This document shows, in pieces, positions 12,353 to 27,662 of a DNA stretch of 64,000 bases (position 1 is its first letter; each line of letters begins with the position of its first letter). The DNA is from Octopus vulgaris (Eukaryota), in the NCBI GenBank assembly GCA_951406725.2, contig OX597825.1, positions 3,720,001 through 3,784,000 on the forward strand, given 5' to 3'. The notes below the pieces were generated by a model. That model worked only from the letters and a program-made list of their open reading frames with translations, searched no databases and had not been told where the DNA came from. Position numbers and translations under genes: made by a program.

Positions 12353-15300
12353 TATCTCTAAATATTCAGAGTTGCTTGTGAATATCACATTGTACTTACA
12401 ACATGGGACGCGCTTACTGCCCTAAATATTTATATCTTTCATAACATTGCGATGAAATATAATTTTCATAATTGATAACCATAAATATGATGAAACATGA
12501 CTTAACTCCAATCATTCGTCTGTCTTTTCTACTAGTGAGTATTTAATATGCAGTCGTCAGTCTGAAATTTTACAGGGAATAAATTCAGAAGGATTTAATT
12601 ATTATGCGTGTGGAATGAGAGATTACTTCTACTGTTTCCTTCTTGACAGATTGGGAAATAAGGAAATGATGAAATTTTCTGCCGCAAATGTTCAGAATGA
12701 GATTAATTCTAAATCAACTAAGAGAGGGACAATTCCAAAACATCCGTACTACTCATGTTATTCGCTGAGTTATATAACTTTTCATGTGAAGTAAATCACA
12801 AAACCTAAGGCAACGATTTGAACTACAGAGTTGAGCGTTATATAGCTACTGGCTACAGGCTAATATATTAAGCAATACGAATTTACAAGAAATTTACTTA
12901 ATGTTGAAAATAGAAATATACATGGTCTTTCCACATAGGGAAAAAAGCTGGCTAGCATACATTACAGACCGGAAGGAAGAGAGTGAAATCGACTGGTTAT
13001 ACACTAGAAAACACATTTTTAATCATATATATATATATAACTTTTACGCGATTGGTTTGTCACTGTAAATACGTAAATTGTAAACGGTAATAATAATACA
13101 AAAAGAGCACATTTTGATATTGCGACGATGGCACGTTCTGTTCGTAGATAAGTGTTAGACAGTGAAAGAAAATACACCAACAACATTTTCATTTATTCAA
13201 AGCAGAGTTATTGTTACTAAATATAGAAGCTTCTTGATTAAATCAAATACCATGTCTTAATCTCTTTCAGCAAAAACTTCCTGTTTCCAAAGTCAGATGC
13301 TAGATAAGCATTCCATTTGCTACTTGCTGTTAACTGTTTTTATCTTCAATGTAGAATTACTGATACAAATGGTATTTTTTTATTTTCGTGAAATACTTTA
13401 TAGAGATTCTTCACACACGTACTACTTTGAGCAAATACATTATTTTGCACATAGGCAATACAAAATTTTTGTTTCTTTTTCGAACTGTCTTTACATATTG
13501 GAAATCATGGAGAATAGCTAAAATAAGATGAACACGCTACACGATAGAGAAAATGGCGATATGTGGTTTGTAATCAGTCAGTTCACTACTTGCAGATGCA
13601 TCGCTTAATACATTTTCAACTGAGTTTCGTCTTGTATGAGCAGTGAAATGCTCGCATTAGAGGTGAAATAAATTTCAAGTAGACAGACGTAAGCTGAATG
13701 TCAGAAATAAAGGGAGGCAAAAATCAAGATGAATATATCTCTTTCATTTATAAACGGCACAAGCATAACATTTATTTCAGTGGGGAAAAGAAAAGTTCGC
13801 GGAGGAAATGAACTCTTTTACATAATTCTTGCCTACATTTTCTTCTGGTTTTCCTATTTCAAATCGTAACAGGTTCATTTAATAATTTATTCATTTCATA
13901 ATTCATAAAACCATTGGTACATTGCTGTAACTCTTTTTACTCTACATTTAGAAAATGTATCACAGACATTTGAAACATATACATTTCTATACTTAGCATA
14001 CGTGAAATAAATCCACCATGGGCCTCTGCTGTTAATCTACATATTATGAAACTTGTGGTGCTTAAACAAACTATACCAGAACATTCAGAACGGAACTAAA
14101 TGTTACATGAATTCAGAACCGAAACAAACACAGCACACTCTGACAAAATACTTTATACTTTTTTTTCAGATTATAGTATTGCGAAACACGTAAATAATTT
14201 TGAAAAAGGACAGAACAAAATATGGCCACACAAACTCCTGAAAAATTCTACTCAACTTTACCATAAAACACACTCACTTATCTCCAAGTAAAACGTGTTT
14301 GACTTTTGTTTAAAAGTCGTGTTATCTTTCAGCCATGAAATTTATTATCTGGGAGCATAATTACGTCAATGTCTCTATCAATAATGGCATTGATGTTTCT
14401 TAGTATGCATTTGCAGATCATACTAATCTCCGATTTGGTCGCATCGTTGAAGCAGCACTTGGGATTAGAGGCAAAATTTAGTTTATAGTGCTTGAGTGTG
14501 ACAAACGCATTCCTTTTGGCTAACGCTGATATTCACCCAGAAATAACCATGCTGTTGACTAAATGTTTGCCTTGGCTGTTAATGTTGTTGTACCTGAGTG
14601 GGGAAGCGCATTTATATTTGTGTGTTAGGACAGTAAGGCACTAACAGAATGTTTTAGCAGTCGTAATTAAAAACCGAGTTTGCAGTAAAATAATGAAGAG
14701 AACTTACGGAATCTTAGATTGGATCTGATGCCCAGCAGGTCCGCATCAAAGAATCCTCTACATGAATATTTCGGATATATATTTCTTGTTTACAAAACAA
14801 ACTAACCATGACTATTTCCTCTCTCCTTCAGCAGGGATTTTATGTGCCTTCGGCCATTTCCGTATGGCGAGTTGAGTATACGGTTAAGCGCTTTATATGT
14901 GCGAAGCCAATGGTCACTCTCTGACCGGACATAACAATCTTAAAACTTAGTTCGTTTTATTAGTGTCGTTGTTGGAATACTTCTATTATTTAAACATCTA
15001 CATAATAGCAATAGTGGCACCACCCACCTCCTACGTAAAAATGATTAACGACAGATTGTTCGAGAACGGTTGTGAGAATCATTGACTTCGTCACAAACAT
15101 AGGGTTGAAAAAAAATATCAACATCATGGCACAAATGTTGACATCATATCGGCTCACACGTAATGGATGTCTTTATATCCTAACATTTTACCAAAATGTG
15201 TTACTGCGTATATGCACAATATAAATTAAGTTTTAGAATATTTTCTGAAAAAATACTTGAGGAGAAAAGAAATCACTGATGAAGGATAGGATAGAAAATT

Positions 15301-16213
15301 AAAATCTCATTAACTGAAAGTTACTTAGATGATTTGAAATATAGTTCAGTTTGATTTAATGTTGTTAATGCTGTGAGTATCGAAAAACCAATTAGAAATA
15401 GTATAACTGTTGTCACCGTATTTCCCTAAATGATTAATATTCTATTACTTACAGAACTAATGTGGGCGATTGTAACTACATAGCTAATCCTAGCGCATTT
15501 CGTGTGGTAACAAACTAATTAACTATTTTCGCCAACAGATTTTGAGGTTTTAATGTTTTATATATTATAATTTAACTTTGTCCAAATCACGTAGGCAAAA
15601 TAGAGCACATGTATCTAACGTCATATGTGTACGTGTACGTGTGTGTATGTGTGTGTTTGTGTCATAAATGAAATATATTTAAATGGATTTTTATCTCATG
15701 ACAAAAAATTCAAATGTCACTACAAATTTGTTTCATAACTCAAAAATATATAAATAACTTATATTATTATATTTAATGATGAATAAATTACTCACATGTC
15801 TGCGCGATTACAAAACCTAACAAACTCTTTCGGAATAATGCAGAATATGATGTTTGTCATCAAGTGAAAGAGATTTTATATTTAATGTATAACTCGGCAT
15901 AACGATATATGAACGCTATGTTAAAACTCTAAAAGATTGTGAAAGAAAATAACGACAGAATTAATATAAACTGAAAAAAGGGGTTTTTCCTGATTTGAAA
16001 GTATTTATCGTAATATAATGAAAATGTAAATATTATATAAACATTATTCGAATGTAAATAATTTCTAAATATGAATTATTGTTAAAATAAAGGTGTTATG
16101 ATTTGCTACAGCCCTTATACACACACACACATATACACATTCTGACCTGACATACACAAACACGTGCGGTCACCTTCGTTTTGGGATCACTAATACTTTA
16201 TCGTAAATATATG

Positions 16214-16246
<33 letters not shown>

Positions 16247-16289
16247 ATATATATATATATATATGTATGTATATGTTTGTATATGTATA

Positions 16290-16333
<44 letters not shown>

Positions 16334-16343
16334 TATATACATG

Positions 16344-16380
<37 letters not shown>

Positions 16381-16602
16381 CTGCTGAACTTGTTTCAAAA
16401 CACCTAATAACATAACAGTGTATTTTTCTACACTCCGATGAGATTTGTCCAAATACAATGATTTAAATATTGTAATTTAATTCTTTAGTCTAAATTAAAA
16501 AAGCTGTAATAGAATGTGTTGGATTTTTGTAGGTGATAGATTATATTAATGATGCATCTCAATGTTCTCAATATTTTTTACATACAAACATACATATATA
16601 CA

Positions 16603-16659
<57 letters not shown>

Positions 16660-17419
16660 TATATAAACACAATTACAGATATAAATATATGTATACACAT
16701 ACAAACATTCATATGTATGTTTATATAACGATATGTATATACGTTCATATATACATGTATAGATATACATATATATAAATGTGTGTGTTTTTTATATTTA
16801 TGTATGCATATATGTGTATATGTGTTTATATGTATATACACATATATACACACATAAGCAAGCATATATATATAAACAAACACACCTATGCACGTAAACA
16901 TACAAACACATATATACACATATTCATATAAAAGTTTACAAACATATTTAAACGTACATTTATCTAAAAGTATTAATGGAAACGTAAAGATATTAATTGT
17001 CACATATTCATAAATATATAAAGGCAACTATCAGATTAAATTGTCACGAATAAAGACATATTACAATTATAACTTACATAAGTTTATAATATAGCGGGGA
17101 TTTATATTTAAAACGTTGACATCTTCACATAAGCCCATCATGGTGACTAATGACAATCACATTATTTTCACTGATTTTATCAATGTAAAATGATAAAATA
17201 AAGTCATTTACATGCTTTATGATTTATGAAAGAATTTTGTCATTATATTTGGATTTTTATCGCTTCATCTAAATAATTCTCTGTCACTGATGATTATATA
17301 CACTCCTAATTCTTTTATCTTGTATAATACTATATATTCTATATGGTTTGTACAATGGCGCATTAAAGATCGTTTGTACGGGATTACATTAATTCATACT
17401 TTGTGACATATATGTGTAT

Positions 17420-17485
<66 letters not shown>

Positions 17486-17584
17486 GAATATATATATTTA
17501 TATATTTATATATTTATATATATATATATATATATATGTATAATATGTTAATAAAATAGAACATATGCATATATATAAACATAT

Positions 17585-18280
17585 ATGTACGTATATATAT
17601 ATACGACGTCTTTTACCTATAATTAATTACTTAATTTTGTGTATATATACGTGTTGCCTTATGTTTTTGTTTATATTTGCTTAAAACCAAATTCGCACTT
17701 TCCATCTCAATAATATGTTCTATATTTTTCATTATTCTATTAATTTACTTCATTTAAGCTTCTTCCAACTTTATCTCATCTCTATTGTATTTATATTATA
17801 TTATAATGCACCTGAGTAATGCATTTTATTAATTCACTATAATATTAATTTAAACACTGCTTATCTAAAATATTAATAACTGTTTATTATGTAATGCAAT
17901 TACATTATTATAACCACGTTCACAATTTCTTTTATTGAATACTCTAGAGAGATATATTACCATAATACTGTATCCTATTCTGTATTTTTACTTCTATTCA
18001 TTTTTTCTAACAACTTCGAGACTTATACTACCTTCCTCTCCTTTGTAGGATTCATACCATGTTCTTTTTATATAACGGTTTGGAGCCGTACACTTAACAG
18101 GCTGGAGTATGAAAATATAATGGTTTGTCTTTAGCCCCCTCCGATGAGATTCAACTTTATAAATTTTTTAATTATACTAATTAATTCCTAAATGCTTTGA
18201 ATCGAAACAGCTGTCAGAGATGACATCCCATTTCATAATTGATATATAATTATTAATTTAGTTATCTCTCTCCTTATTTT
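17585..18280 (+). mobile_element. PLE pLTR-like remnant between (TA)n tracts
   Basis: T-rich body ending in the HHR at 18137-18219, then a short tail into (TA)n. Confidence 0.55.
18137..18219 (+). ncRNA. Minimal type I hammerhead, CCGATGA core
   Basis: ccct-CCGATGA-GATTCAA..long AT loop..TTGAATC-GAAAC-agct-GTC-agag. Perfect 7-bp stem II and palindromic ACAGCTGT stem III. Confidence 0.75.
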
Positions 18281-18299
18281 CATATATATATATATACAC

Positions 18300-18375
<76 letters not shown>

Positions 18376-19063
18376 GAACACACACACATGTGTGTGTCCA
18401 TATGGCATGATTCCTAGAGATGGTGAGAGAGACAGAGAGACCACAGCTTTGGCAGCTATGAAGCACTTCAAGTGGCCGTAGGCATATAACCTCTCTGCAA
18501 CTGGACGCCATGGTCGGTTATCTTTCTAAACATGACATATACATCCCAAAAGGCCGGGCAGGTGTTATAGGGAAATCTCCCCCAGATAGGTTCCATATTA
18601 AACGATATTTGAAGCTGCTTTCCCAGTTCTGTTCATCGATTTCAAACTTGTAATACAAAACATCTCGGATGTGGAAACTGAGTAAATATTTCTTTCCTGG
18701 AGTTTAAAAAGCTTACATCGCATGCTCGCATTTTTATAAGTCCCTAGTAGTTCAAGAAGCTTCTATTTTATAAGTGACTGGCTAAGGAAGTTCTGTTGAG
18801 TTTTTCTGTTATCTTAAAAGAGGATTATTCAGATGTTCTATAAAAGGAACCATCGGTTCAACCGACAAATTGCTGTGTATGTGAACTGATAATGTGTTTC
18901 ATTCGTTGACTCTGTGCCTGGTGCATTTGTTGTTGTTGTTGTTAGAAGCGAGGCGTTGCTGTTATACATAGACGTGAGCGTGGGGATTCCCTTGTAGCTG
19001 GCGTAGACGCCATTTCTGACCGAAATGTTTGTCTTGTTACTGCGATGAGCTTCGTTTCGTTTC

Positions 19064-19155
19064 AAGGCTTTGGTCTCCCCACCAGACTATAGTAGAAGTG
19101 AACCACTGATGCACCCACGTAATGTGACTGAATTCAGAACAATATGGTTGTCAGT
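19064..19155 (-). mobile_element. SINE head fragment
   Basis: aggctttggtc..gactatagtagaag..gactgaa..cagaac..tggttg, resembling the reverse of an Octopus SINE head as I recall it. Confidence 0.55.
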
Positions 19156-19221
19156 CAAGATTCTTGTAACACAGACACACTTGCAGAGAGAGAAACGGAG
19201 GAAGAGAGAAACAGATAAGGA

Positions 19222-19297
<76 letters not shown>

Positions 19298-20229
19298 TAT
19301 TTGCGTACTGCTCAGTTGTAGCGATTACAGCTCTGTGTTCAAAGCGAATGGCATCGATATCATACAAAATGCAAAGGAATAAGAATTGATTTAGGCCAAT
19401 ACAATACCAATATAAAAGTACATTTCATCTAAAAGCAAAAAACGGACATTTGAAAATTTAATCAAGCGATACGTGAAATATATGCATATATTATTCTCTG
19501 TACGTCCCTAGGGATGGTCGTGTTTCCGCAGTAGACATTCGCACAAATTCATAAATATATGTGTGTGTGTGTGTGTGTGTGTGTATAATTAGATAGATAT
19601 ATAGATATATAGATAGATAGATAAGTAGATAGACAGATAGATACATTGATAGATAGATTAGTGAATGCACGTGTGTATGTGTCTTTATATGTGTGTTTGT
19701 ATGCGTCTGTCTGTGTTTTAGAATTATCTATTATGAATAATTAATACTGCTCTCCAAAAGCAGCAGCAGTAATAGAATTTAATATATTCAAAATTGTATT
19801 CCCTTGTTATCGATTAATGATTTAATAATATTTGTGTAGGAAATTTAGTGAATCATCGTAAGAAGAACTAACTTTATTCCGACTTATTATAATTCGCTAC
19901 AGACCCAACATTTTTCAAAAGCCTGTATTCAAAATATCAAGGAAACTTTCGTAAATATCAGAAGTTCAATGAATTTGGAGCTTCAAAATAAAATGAATAT
20001 ATTCATTGTTTTCTTTTTGCAACTTTTTTATTTAGTTGTCTAATTTTCCAATCACTCAAAACTTTTAGTTAACAAATCGTGCAGCAAATCTATCTTTGAA
20101 GATATATTGAAACATGATGTATCATCGGTATAAATACACAATTCTGATATGAATCATCTCGTTATACGATCACTTGTTACTCACTTCCAAACTGTCTCAA
20201 ACGAACACCTCCATCTACTCTAGACACAC

Positions 20230-20377
20230 AGCCTGAAATTGTGGTGGAACCGGATAGTCTATTACTTCGACTCCAGTGACTAACTGGTACTTATTTTATT
20301 GAGCCGGAAGGGACCTAAAGACGTATGAAATGCTACCAAACGTTTTATCCAATGTGCTCCCTCCTCTGCCAGCTCGC
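20230..20377 (-). mobile_element. SINE copy with internal deletion
   Basis: actggtacttattttattga..ctgccagctcgc. Confidence 0.65.
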
Positions 20378-20646
20378 AACTTTGTCTCTTACAAATAATC
20401 AAGCAAATACAAGCAGACCACTTCAGTGTTTGAAATACCTGTGCTTGAAACATATGTCGACAGTTGTTCTCGGGCTTCGTAAGTATTGAATCTGCAGGAG
20501 ATTCATTTGCTATCATTCGTACTTCTTTAATCTTCACACTACGACGAGATCATTTCCATTGTTTAAATAATTTAACAGAAGCACACGCGCACACACACAA
20601 TCACACGTGTACACACATACAGTGGAGGAAAAATAACAATAAGTTG

Positions 20647-21019
20647 TGTGTCTTTTGGGCGAGGAAGCCATTATTTAATTAGTTAAGAAAGGCGAGAGTG
20701 AGGACGAGTACTTCGTTTCTGTGTACCATGGTGAGGGAAAAAATATATTTTTGCCTCATTGCCACTTGTAGACATCATAAGAACGAAGACGTTAGAGGCA
20801 GAGGAGAGCGAAATGTCGAGAGATACATCGGAAAAGAAAAGGATGAAATGTTCGAAAGTTTTACATTATAGTTAAGTTCTCTGTTCGTTAAGTCCGTTGT
20901 GAATACAAGCCAGTTGAACTTATGGCCTCGTAGTTATTTCATAGCACGGCTTCCACGTGTCTGTGACTTCCGGGGGATGACCGACGCTGTAATGCAAGGG
21001 AGTGAACTATAATGTAACC

Positions 21020-21051
<32 letters not shown>

Positions 21052-21138
21052 TATGTTCCTCACCATGGAAGACAGCAACAATCGCTCTCACTCTCACCAT
21101 TCTTAATTAAATGATGGCTTCCTAGCGCAAAATACATG
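20647..21138. repeat. Nested inverted repeats
   Basis: Outer arms 20647-20748 (aggaagccattatttaatta..gagagtgag..ccatggtgagg) and 21051-21138. Inner perfect 13-bp IR ttacattatagtt (20861) / aactataatgtaa (21005). Confidence 0.85.
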
Positions 21139-21166
21139 TCTTATTTTTATTTTTCCTCCATTTTGT

Positions 21167-21252
<86 letters not shown>

Positions 21253-21665
21253 TGTGTGATTCAGTGTGTGCGTGGATATGTATTGTTTTGAGAAAAATAA
21301 TAGTAACGTCAATGTCTCTCCTCAATCAGGTAATACATGCTTAGCTGTTTATTCGATGAGAAGCAGATGTTTATAAATCACGTGAAATACTCTGTTATGA
21401 TTGAAGCTCATACAAGTCCTTTGCAGTGACATCTGCGCGTTTCAATGTGAAATGGAGATAACTTAATTATTTCACAGTAAAGCCAATATTTTGGTTTTTA
21501 TCCTGATTGCGAATCTAATATTTGTAAGATTCGACGTGGCTGACTAATATATGGTGTGGGGAGAGTGCGTATATGAGCCTGTGTGCGTACGTGTGTGTGC
21601 CCGCGCATGTCTGTATTTATTTATGACTAATATATTTACATACAAACATGTATATATGTATATAT

Positions 21666-21793
<128 letters not shown>

Positions 21794-22246
21794 GAGAAAT
21801 ATTGATGAACAACAATTGACAAACATCAATTATTTTCTTTTTAATATAAATAGATTGTAACTCATCTAACTGTTGTTTCTTCTTCCAATGTGCTACGGCA
21901 TTGCTATTGAAAATTCTGAAAATAGTACTCATCATATGTGGCAACGTATCCGATCTGGGACAAGGAGCTTCATCAGCGTGAAGAAATACATATGCAAAAT
22001 TGTACGATTTAGATATATTGTATTTTCAAATTCTTCTCGAAGCTCATTGTTTTTCTTTTATGCTTCTGATGAAGCTACTGGTTCCGGATGGGATGCCATA
22101 CCAAATATGATGAATATTTTTTTCAGAACTTTCAATGGCAAAGCCGTAGAACATTGGAAGCAGAAATAGCTTTTAGGTGGGATACATTTTATTTGCATTA
22201 AATGTACTAATTTATGTCAGACAATTGTTATTTATCAATATTTCTC
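21794..22246. mobile_element. Old inverted PLE pLTR pair, each arm with a decayed HHR
   Basis: Arms of about 190 bp, gagaaatattgat..cttccaatg..gcttcatcag and ctgatgaagc..cattggaag..atcaatatttctc. Plus arm: CTGATGA (22066)..GAAATagctttt. Minus arm: CTGATGA (21976-21970)..GAAACaacaGTT. Confidence 0.75.
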
Positions 22247-22472
22247 GATTTTCTGTTCATTTGTTTCCTAATAAACTCATGTTTATCTTTGTCATTGCCT
22301 GTAACCTATGAACATAATATGCTTGCATAGTATGTCCAGGGTTAACACACACACACATACACATATATATATATATAAATAATTATGTATGCATGTATAT
22401 AAATTATCGAGTTTGAAATCAGAGAGTTCTAATGGATACAAATTAAGTTATTAATTTATTAATTAACATATT

Positions 22473-22576
22473 CACCTAGAATAGTTTCATTTGTCAACCC
22501 AAATTCAAGCTACAGAACATATATAAATATACAATTTTTGATTTTAAAATACCTTAGAAGGAAAATCATCAAGGTG
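22473..22576 (-). ncRNA. Decayed hammerhead motif
   Basis: cacc-TTGATGA-t-ttt..aaa-t-GAAAC-tatt-CTA-ggtg. Stem I cacc/ggtg is intact; core and stem III are mutated. Confidence 0.5.
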
Positions 22577-22774
22577 CGCACAGGACAATGCAAGGTTTAT
22601 ATTATAATATGTGGGAATATCGAGAATATATATATAGTCTCGTTTATTATGTGTATGTATACATGTGCACGCATGCGATATGTTTATTACTTTAATTTTT
22701 AATGCAATAACAATAATAATCATGAATAATAAATTTTATTATATATGAGTAAAAGTACATAACAAATGAAGTAG

Positions 22775-22819
<45 letters not shown>

Positions 22820-22876
22820 ACTTGTATCATCTCAGAGCTGCGGCCAGGCTGATGCACCGCCGTTATATATATATGT

Positions 22877-22992
<116 letters not shown>

Positions 22993-23099
22993 TTATTAGT
23001 GCCTGTATGTATGGAATTATTATAGTATGTCTCTGAAGTGGACAATAACCGAAATATACCACAGCTTTGAGGAGCCTTTCTCCATGAACCATCGTTTTC

Positions 23100-23900
23100 C
23101 AGTTATTCCTTTACTGGGTTGTATAAATGATGCCTACCACTTGTTCACAAGGATCGATGCATTATATTAAAGATCACTGCTAACTCTCCAACTTGATTTC
23201 TGTATCATTCCATTGGTTCTGTATTATAACTTCAAAATGAGATTCCCTATATAAAATTCCCTATAATATATTTAATGTATCCTATTATATTTAAAGACTG
23301 TTGAATGTGCATAACCATTATCGATATGGTTGAAAATAAGTTTGAAGAGTATACATCATACCCGAACAATATTTCCCCAGACAACTATGACTAGTTGTGC
23401 ATCTTTTTATATGTAAGTACTATCCGATATTGGCAGAGTTAGAAACATTAACTTATTTAATACACCAAACTTATTCCTCTTTCTTTTTACAGAATCATAT
23501 TGATAACTTTTCTGTCTCTACTTGTCTTGTTTGCTAAAAACTGTACTACTCGCTAATCATGCCCCGAAAGTATGACATTGTATTCGAGTGTGTAAGTGGT
23601 TCATCAACTCATTCCAACACATGAAGTCTTAAAATGTAGTTTCACGATAAAAATCACTGTTCAAATATACAAACATTCGTTTATACAAACCGAGCAATGT
23701 CCTAAAAATTTTGTGTGGTATGTTTTCATATTTTCTCCTTGTTAAGAGTTAGAAATCATATTTAGATTATATGACTTTCTAGTTATATCACCAGATATTC
23801 GTTCGTGATATGGTTTATAACGTGGGATTTTTTTCCGACAATTCGCACACATTCAATATTTTAAATTAAGTATAATTATGTTATTGGAAATGTTAATACT
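23100..23900 (-). pseudogene. Possible highly degraded PLE thumb/GIY-YIG remnant
   Basis: Minus-strand peptides DITRKS, PHKIFRTLLGLYKRM..NSD, KRCTTSHSCLGKYC and SLNII..EFYIG appear in PLE-like order. Weak similarity. Confidence 0.3.
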
Positions 23901-24018
23901 CCTAAAAATTCAGAAGATATATCAACTTTAACGAATAAACAAAATTACAAGCATTTTTAATTGGATATAATTATCATACGTGATTAAAGTGGATCCATCT
24001 TCTATTCTAATTATATAT

Positions 24019-24079
<61 letters not shown>

Positions 24080-24104
24080 GTATATATATATATATATATA
24101 TATG

Positions 24105-24140
<36 letters not shown>

Positions 24141-24177
24141 TAATACGTGGCAATTATTCGTATCCATGTTAAAACTC

Positions 24178-24232
<55 letters not shown>

Positions 24233-25879
24233 TACATGTACTTCCACTTTCTTTCAATTAACAACTGGTTGTGATTTCTGATTACACTTTTGCTCTAATC
24301 CAAAAACAAGTTATTGCTGCCAGGATAATTTTCTTATGGATACACTGATACACTGAACATGAAATAAGTGTAGCTGTTAATTTAGGAATGTCTTACATAC
24401 TGCCAGACTTTTGATTTTTATTCCGCATTAATGAATATTAACATTCAGTAGGCGGGACATAGTTGTGTACATTATATTTCGTCGCATTATCTCAGTTTCT
24501 TTGCTAATTGGTGAGAACAATTCCCAAGCTCGTTACTTCCAAAATATCTTTGCAATTTTCGTGATATTATTCCTTATATTGAATTCTGGTCAGGGTGTAA
24601 TAATATGTCGCCATGTTGTTTTCATTCATAGTGTCTCATATTTCATTCAGTTACAGATTACTTGTTACATATTTATATACCTTGCCAACCGGTGAGTGAA
24701 TGCTGATAGGAAACAATCATTTCTAATATGATACTCTTATTACTCTAACACTATCCAGCCTCTTACTCATGCTTCCTGTTGCTAATGTCTCCCAGTCAGT
24801 GTTTTAAATGAAGCTACCATTCAAACTGTATGATAAACGTGTAAAATAGATAAATTACTGCTTTTAAAATTAATTGTAGGTATGCAGTAGCTTGGCTCAA
24901 TTACAGTTACTCATGTATGATTAAACGCCAGATTGTATATCAATTAAACCGTCAGACATATTGCATATTTCCCCTCTGCATTATGAACGAAAGCATTCAC
25001 ATCAATTTATTAATATTTTTAATGTCATTGGTATACAATCCTTTAAGTTTTTTAATGAAATTTGGTAGGGGCTTCTTTCAAAATAAAATATCTAAAACTC
25101 TGAAATTAGTTTATACTTCTTCCATATTTTATGATTAAAATCATGCTCTTTTAAGCTCTTGGATTTAGGATCTACGTTTCTTTTGATTAATGTTTATAGG
25201 TTATCTTACACACAAATATCTACAGCATACGAAATAACTCCATAACAAACGCCCTTAATATTCTAATCATCTTAGATGCCTATATGGATGTGAGCAGTCA
25301 TAGACATATCATTGAACCCCAAATTTCCGATGTACATATCATCGTCAAACGGAGGAATATTTAGGATATGACGACAGTATTTTAAAGCTGGTTTTCAGCA
25401 TTTTACTTGCACAAATTTAGAGTCGAGCAGAATATAGCAACCTAAAATAGAGCATCTCACGGAATGGCATAGGATGGTGTGTTGTTCAAAAATTTAAACA
25501 AGGATATTATGGTAGCACCTTCAACTGCAATGCATACGTAACTTCATTCAACAGTCTCAAGTTAAATCTGAGCAAAATGTTACAGGCTACAGCATCAAGT
25601 AGTGTGGATCAATATGCTCTATACTGGTGTGGGATTTGCCTTTTATACTTAGGAGTAGATAATATATTTTACAGTTGAACAGTGGTGTCGATTTAAGCAA
25701 CTAACTGGCCTTGTGGCAAAATTAAAATGGAAGTACCGTATCTATCTATAAAGCTAGCATACTCCAAACTGTTGTTACAATAATAATTTTCATCTCGGCT
25801 GAAATACATATGTCACAGATGGTATATCTTCAACCGACATTGTTCGGGGCTGCTCCAGTCTGTTTCCTTAAACCTTTGG

Positions 25880-26430
25880 TAATCCAGCATATGTGTTGGC
25901 TGCAAGTCTTTGAGCCAAAATCGACAATACATCTAAAACAAACAACCCTTTCTCACCTGTTCCAAAATTGCCATGTTCGTTTTACCCGCAGGGAAGGTAA
26001 TGGCCTCAAAGTTTTGGCGATGCAAAAGGCATTGTTGTTATTCTTTAGGTTGAAAATGTGCACAACATCACTTCAGTGGACTATGTCCATATGCTGAGGC
26101 ACTTACGGAAGGCTATGAAGAGGAAACGCCCAGGAAAACTAATGAAAAGGATATTTGTTTCTTCATTTCAATGATCTATAAAACAATGGTTTCATTGTCC
26201 GTTGTGCATGAATATGGCTTCGAACAGGATAATCACTGTTCCTATTCCACTATTAATTCTCTAACATGAAAAAATATAACACTTGGCAGGGAGCAAGTAT
26301 CACAGTGATGATGACATATTTACAGTTGACGATGTTTCAGACAAAGAGAATGAAAGTTCCATCAATGGGATCCAAGCACAACACCGATGGTATCTTGATC
26401 AGCCTGTTACCACTTCAGCCGTCCCCCTAT
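25880..26430 (+). mobile_element. Mariner relic, catalytic domain
   Basis: Across frameshifts: GKVMAS..(W)DAKGI..LRHLRKAMKRKRPGKL. Confidence 0.85.
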
Positions 26431-27585
26431 TAATAATATAAACTATAACATTTTAGAAGCAGTCATACTGAGAACACCTTAACTCAGAGTAACGCGTATA
26501 TTGTTTTACTTCTTTTGCGCTGCACAACAATGCTGACAGGTAAAAGGGTTTTATAGCACGAGGCTAGAAAAGTGTCACATAGTGTATGCTGTAAACGGAA
26601 ATTATACTTGCAAACATACATACATACATGCATACATGCATATGTGTGTGTGTGTCTGTGTGTGTGTTTGAGTATCTGTGTCCGTGCACATATTTGTGGT
26701 GGTGGGTGAATGTGTGTGTAAGTTTTATAGACTTTTATGCTTAGTGAAATGTATTTATGCATATATATTTTCTCTGCACACCGAAATAAGTGCGTTGGCA
26801 TCGGTGCACATGTGTTTATGTTTCTGTCGTTTCCAGTGTTATATTACGACTCAATTATAGTGAAACTTTGCCTAAGAGAATTGAAAATGAAGTAATTAAC
26901 GAAAGAAACATGGACTACAAATTGAATTACTGTCATATTTATAAAAGTAAATTCACTCGTGTAGCGGAATTAATATATATGAAATATAGTATTTTATTCA
27001 AAAAATAGCTATGTTTATGGAGTATCACCTTTCCTTCAACATATACAATATAATTTTAATGTATTGTTCATTTTTGGCATTGATTTTTTTTATAAAATAA
27101 TTTTCTATTTTACATGCGAATTAGTTTGCAAATTGATAATAGTCTCTGATAATTAAATATTAACCCGTAGCGTCAGGGGCTGTAGTTTTCTTTTCTTTTC
27201 TTTTTTTTTAGAAACACGGCCTACTTAACTACAACATAACTATAATCGCATTATAGGAGAAGGGAAATAGCTTACTCCGAATACAGCAAATAATATACGA
27301 GAAAGAATAATGTCTCGAATATCAATTGTGCTATTTTCTTTTCCATTTTTATATACGCCATTGACTGTTCAATTCGATATATGCTATATTCAGTTTCAGA
27401 AATTAAATCCGTATAAATACTATTTTAAGATTGATAATGTTTTACCTACAATAAGGAGAAGAAGAGAGTATTGTTCAAAGCGTTCATTTTTTGATAACTT
27501 TCAATCGGGAAAGTCTGTAATGGTAAGAGTCAAATTCCTAGACGCATACCACACTGAATTCTCTCCGATCCTACCGACACAACAA

Positions 27586-27662
<77 letters not shown>

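Noticed and set aside
14413-14480. Possible exon after ttgcag (DHTNLRFGRIVEAALGIRGKI*)
   Set aside because: Short, no recognisable family, weak polypyrimidine tract and no partner exons.
15275-17330. Isolated CTGATGA boxes near 15277 and 17287 (also 58494 on the minus strand)
   Set aside because: No paired stem II plus GAAA-stem III-NUH; expected by chance.
18430-19065. Thr-rich minus ORF with a YGH knuckle-like peptide
   Set aside because: May be LINE ORF1 debris but too degraded to call.
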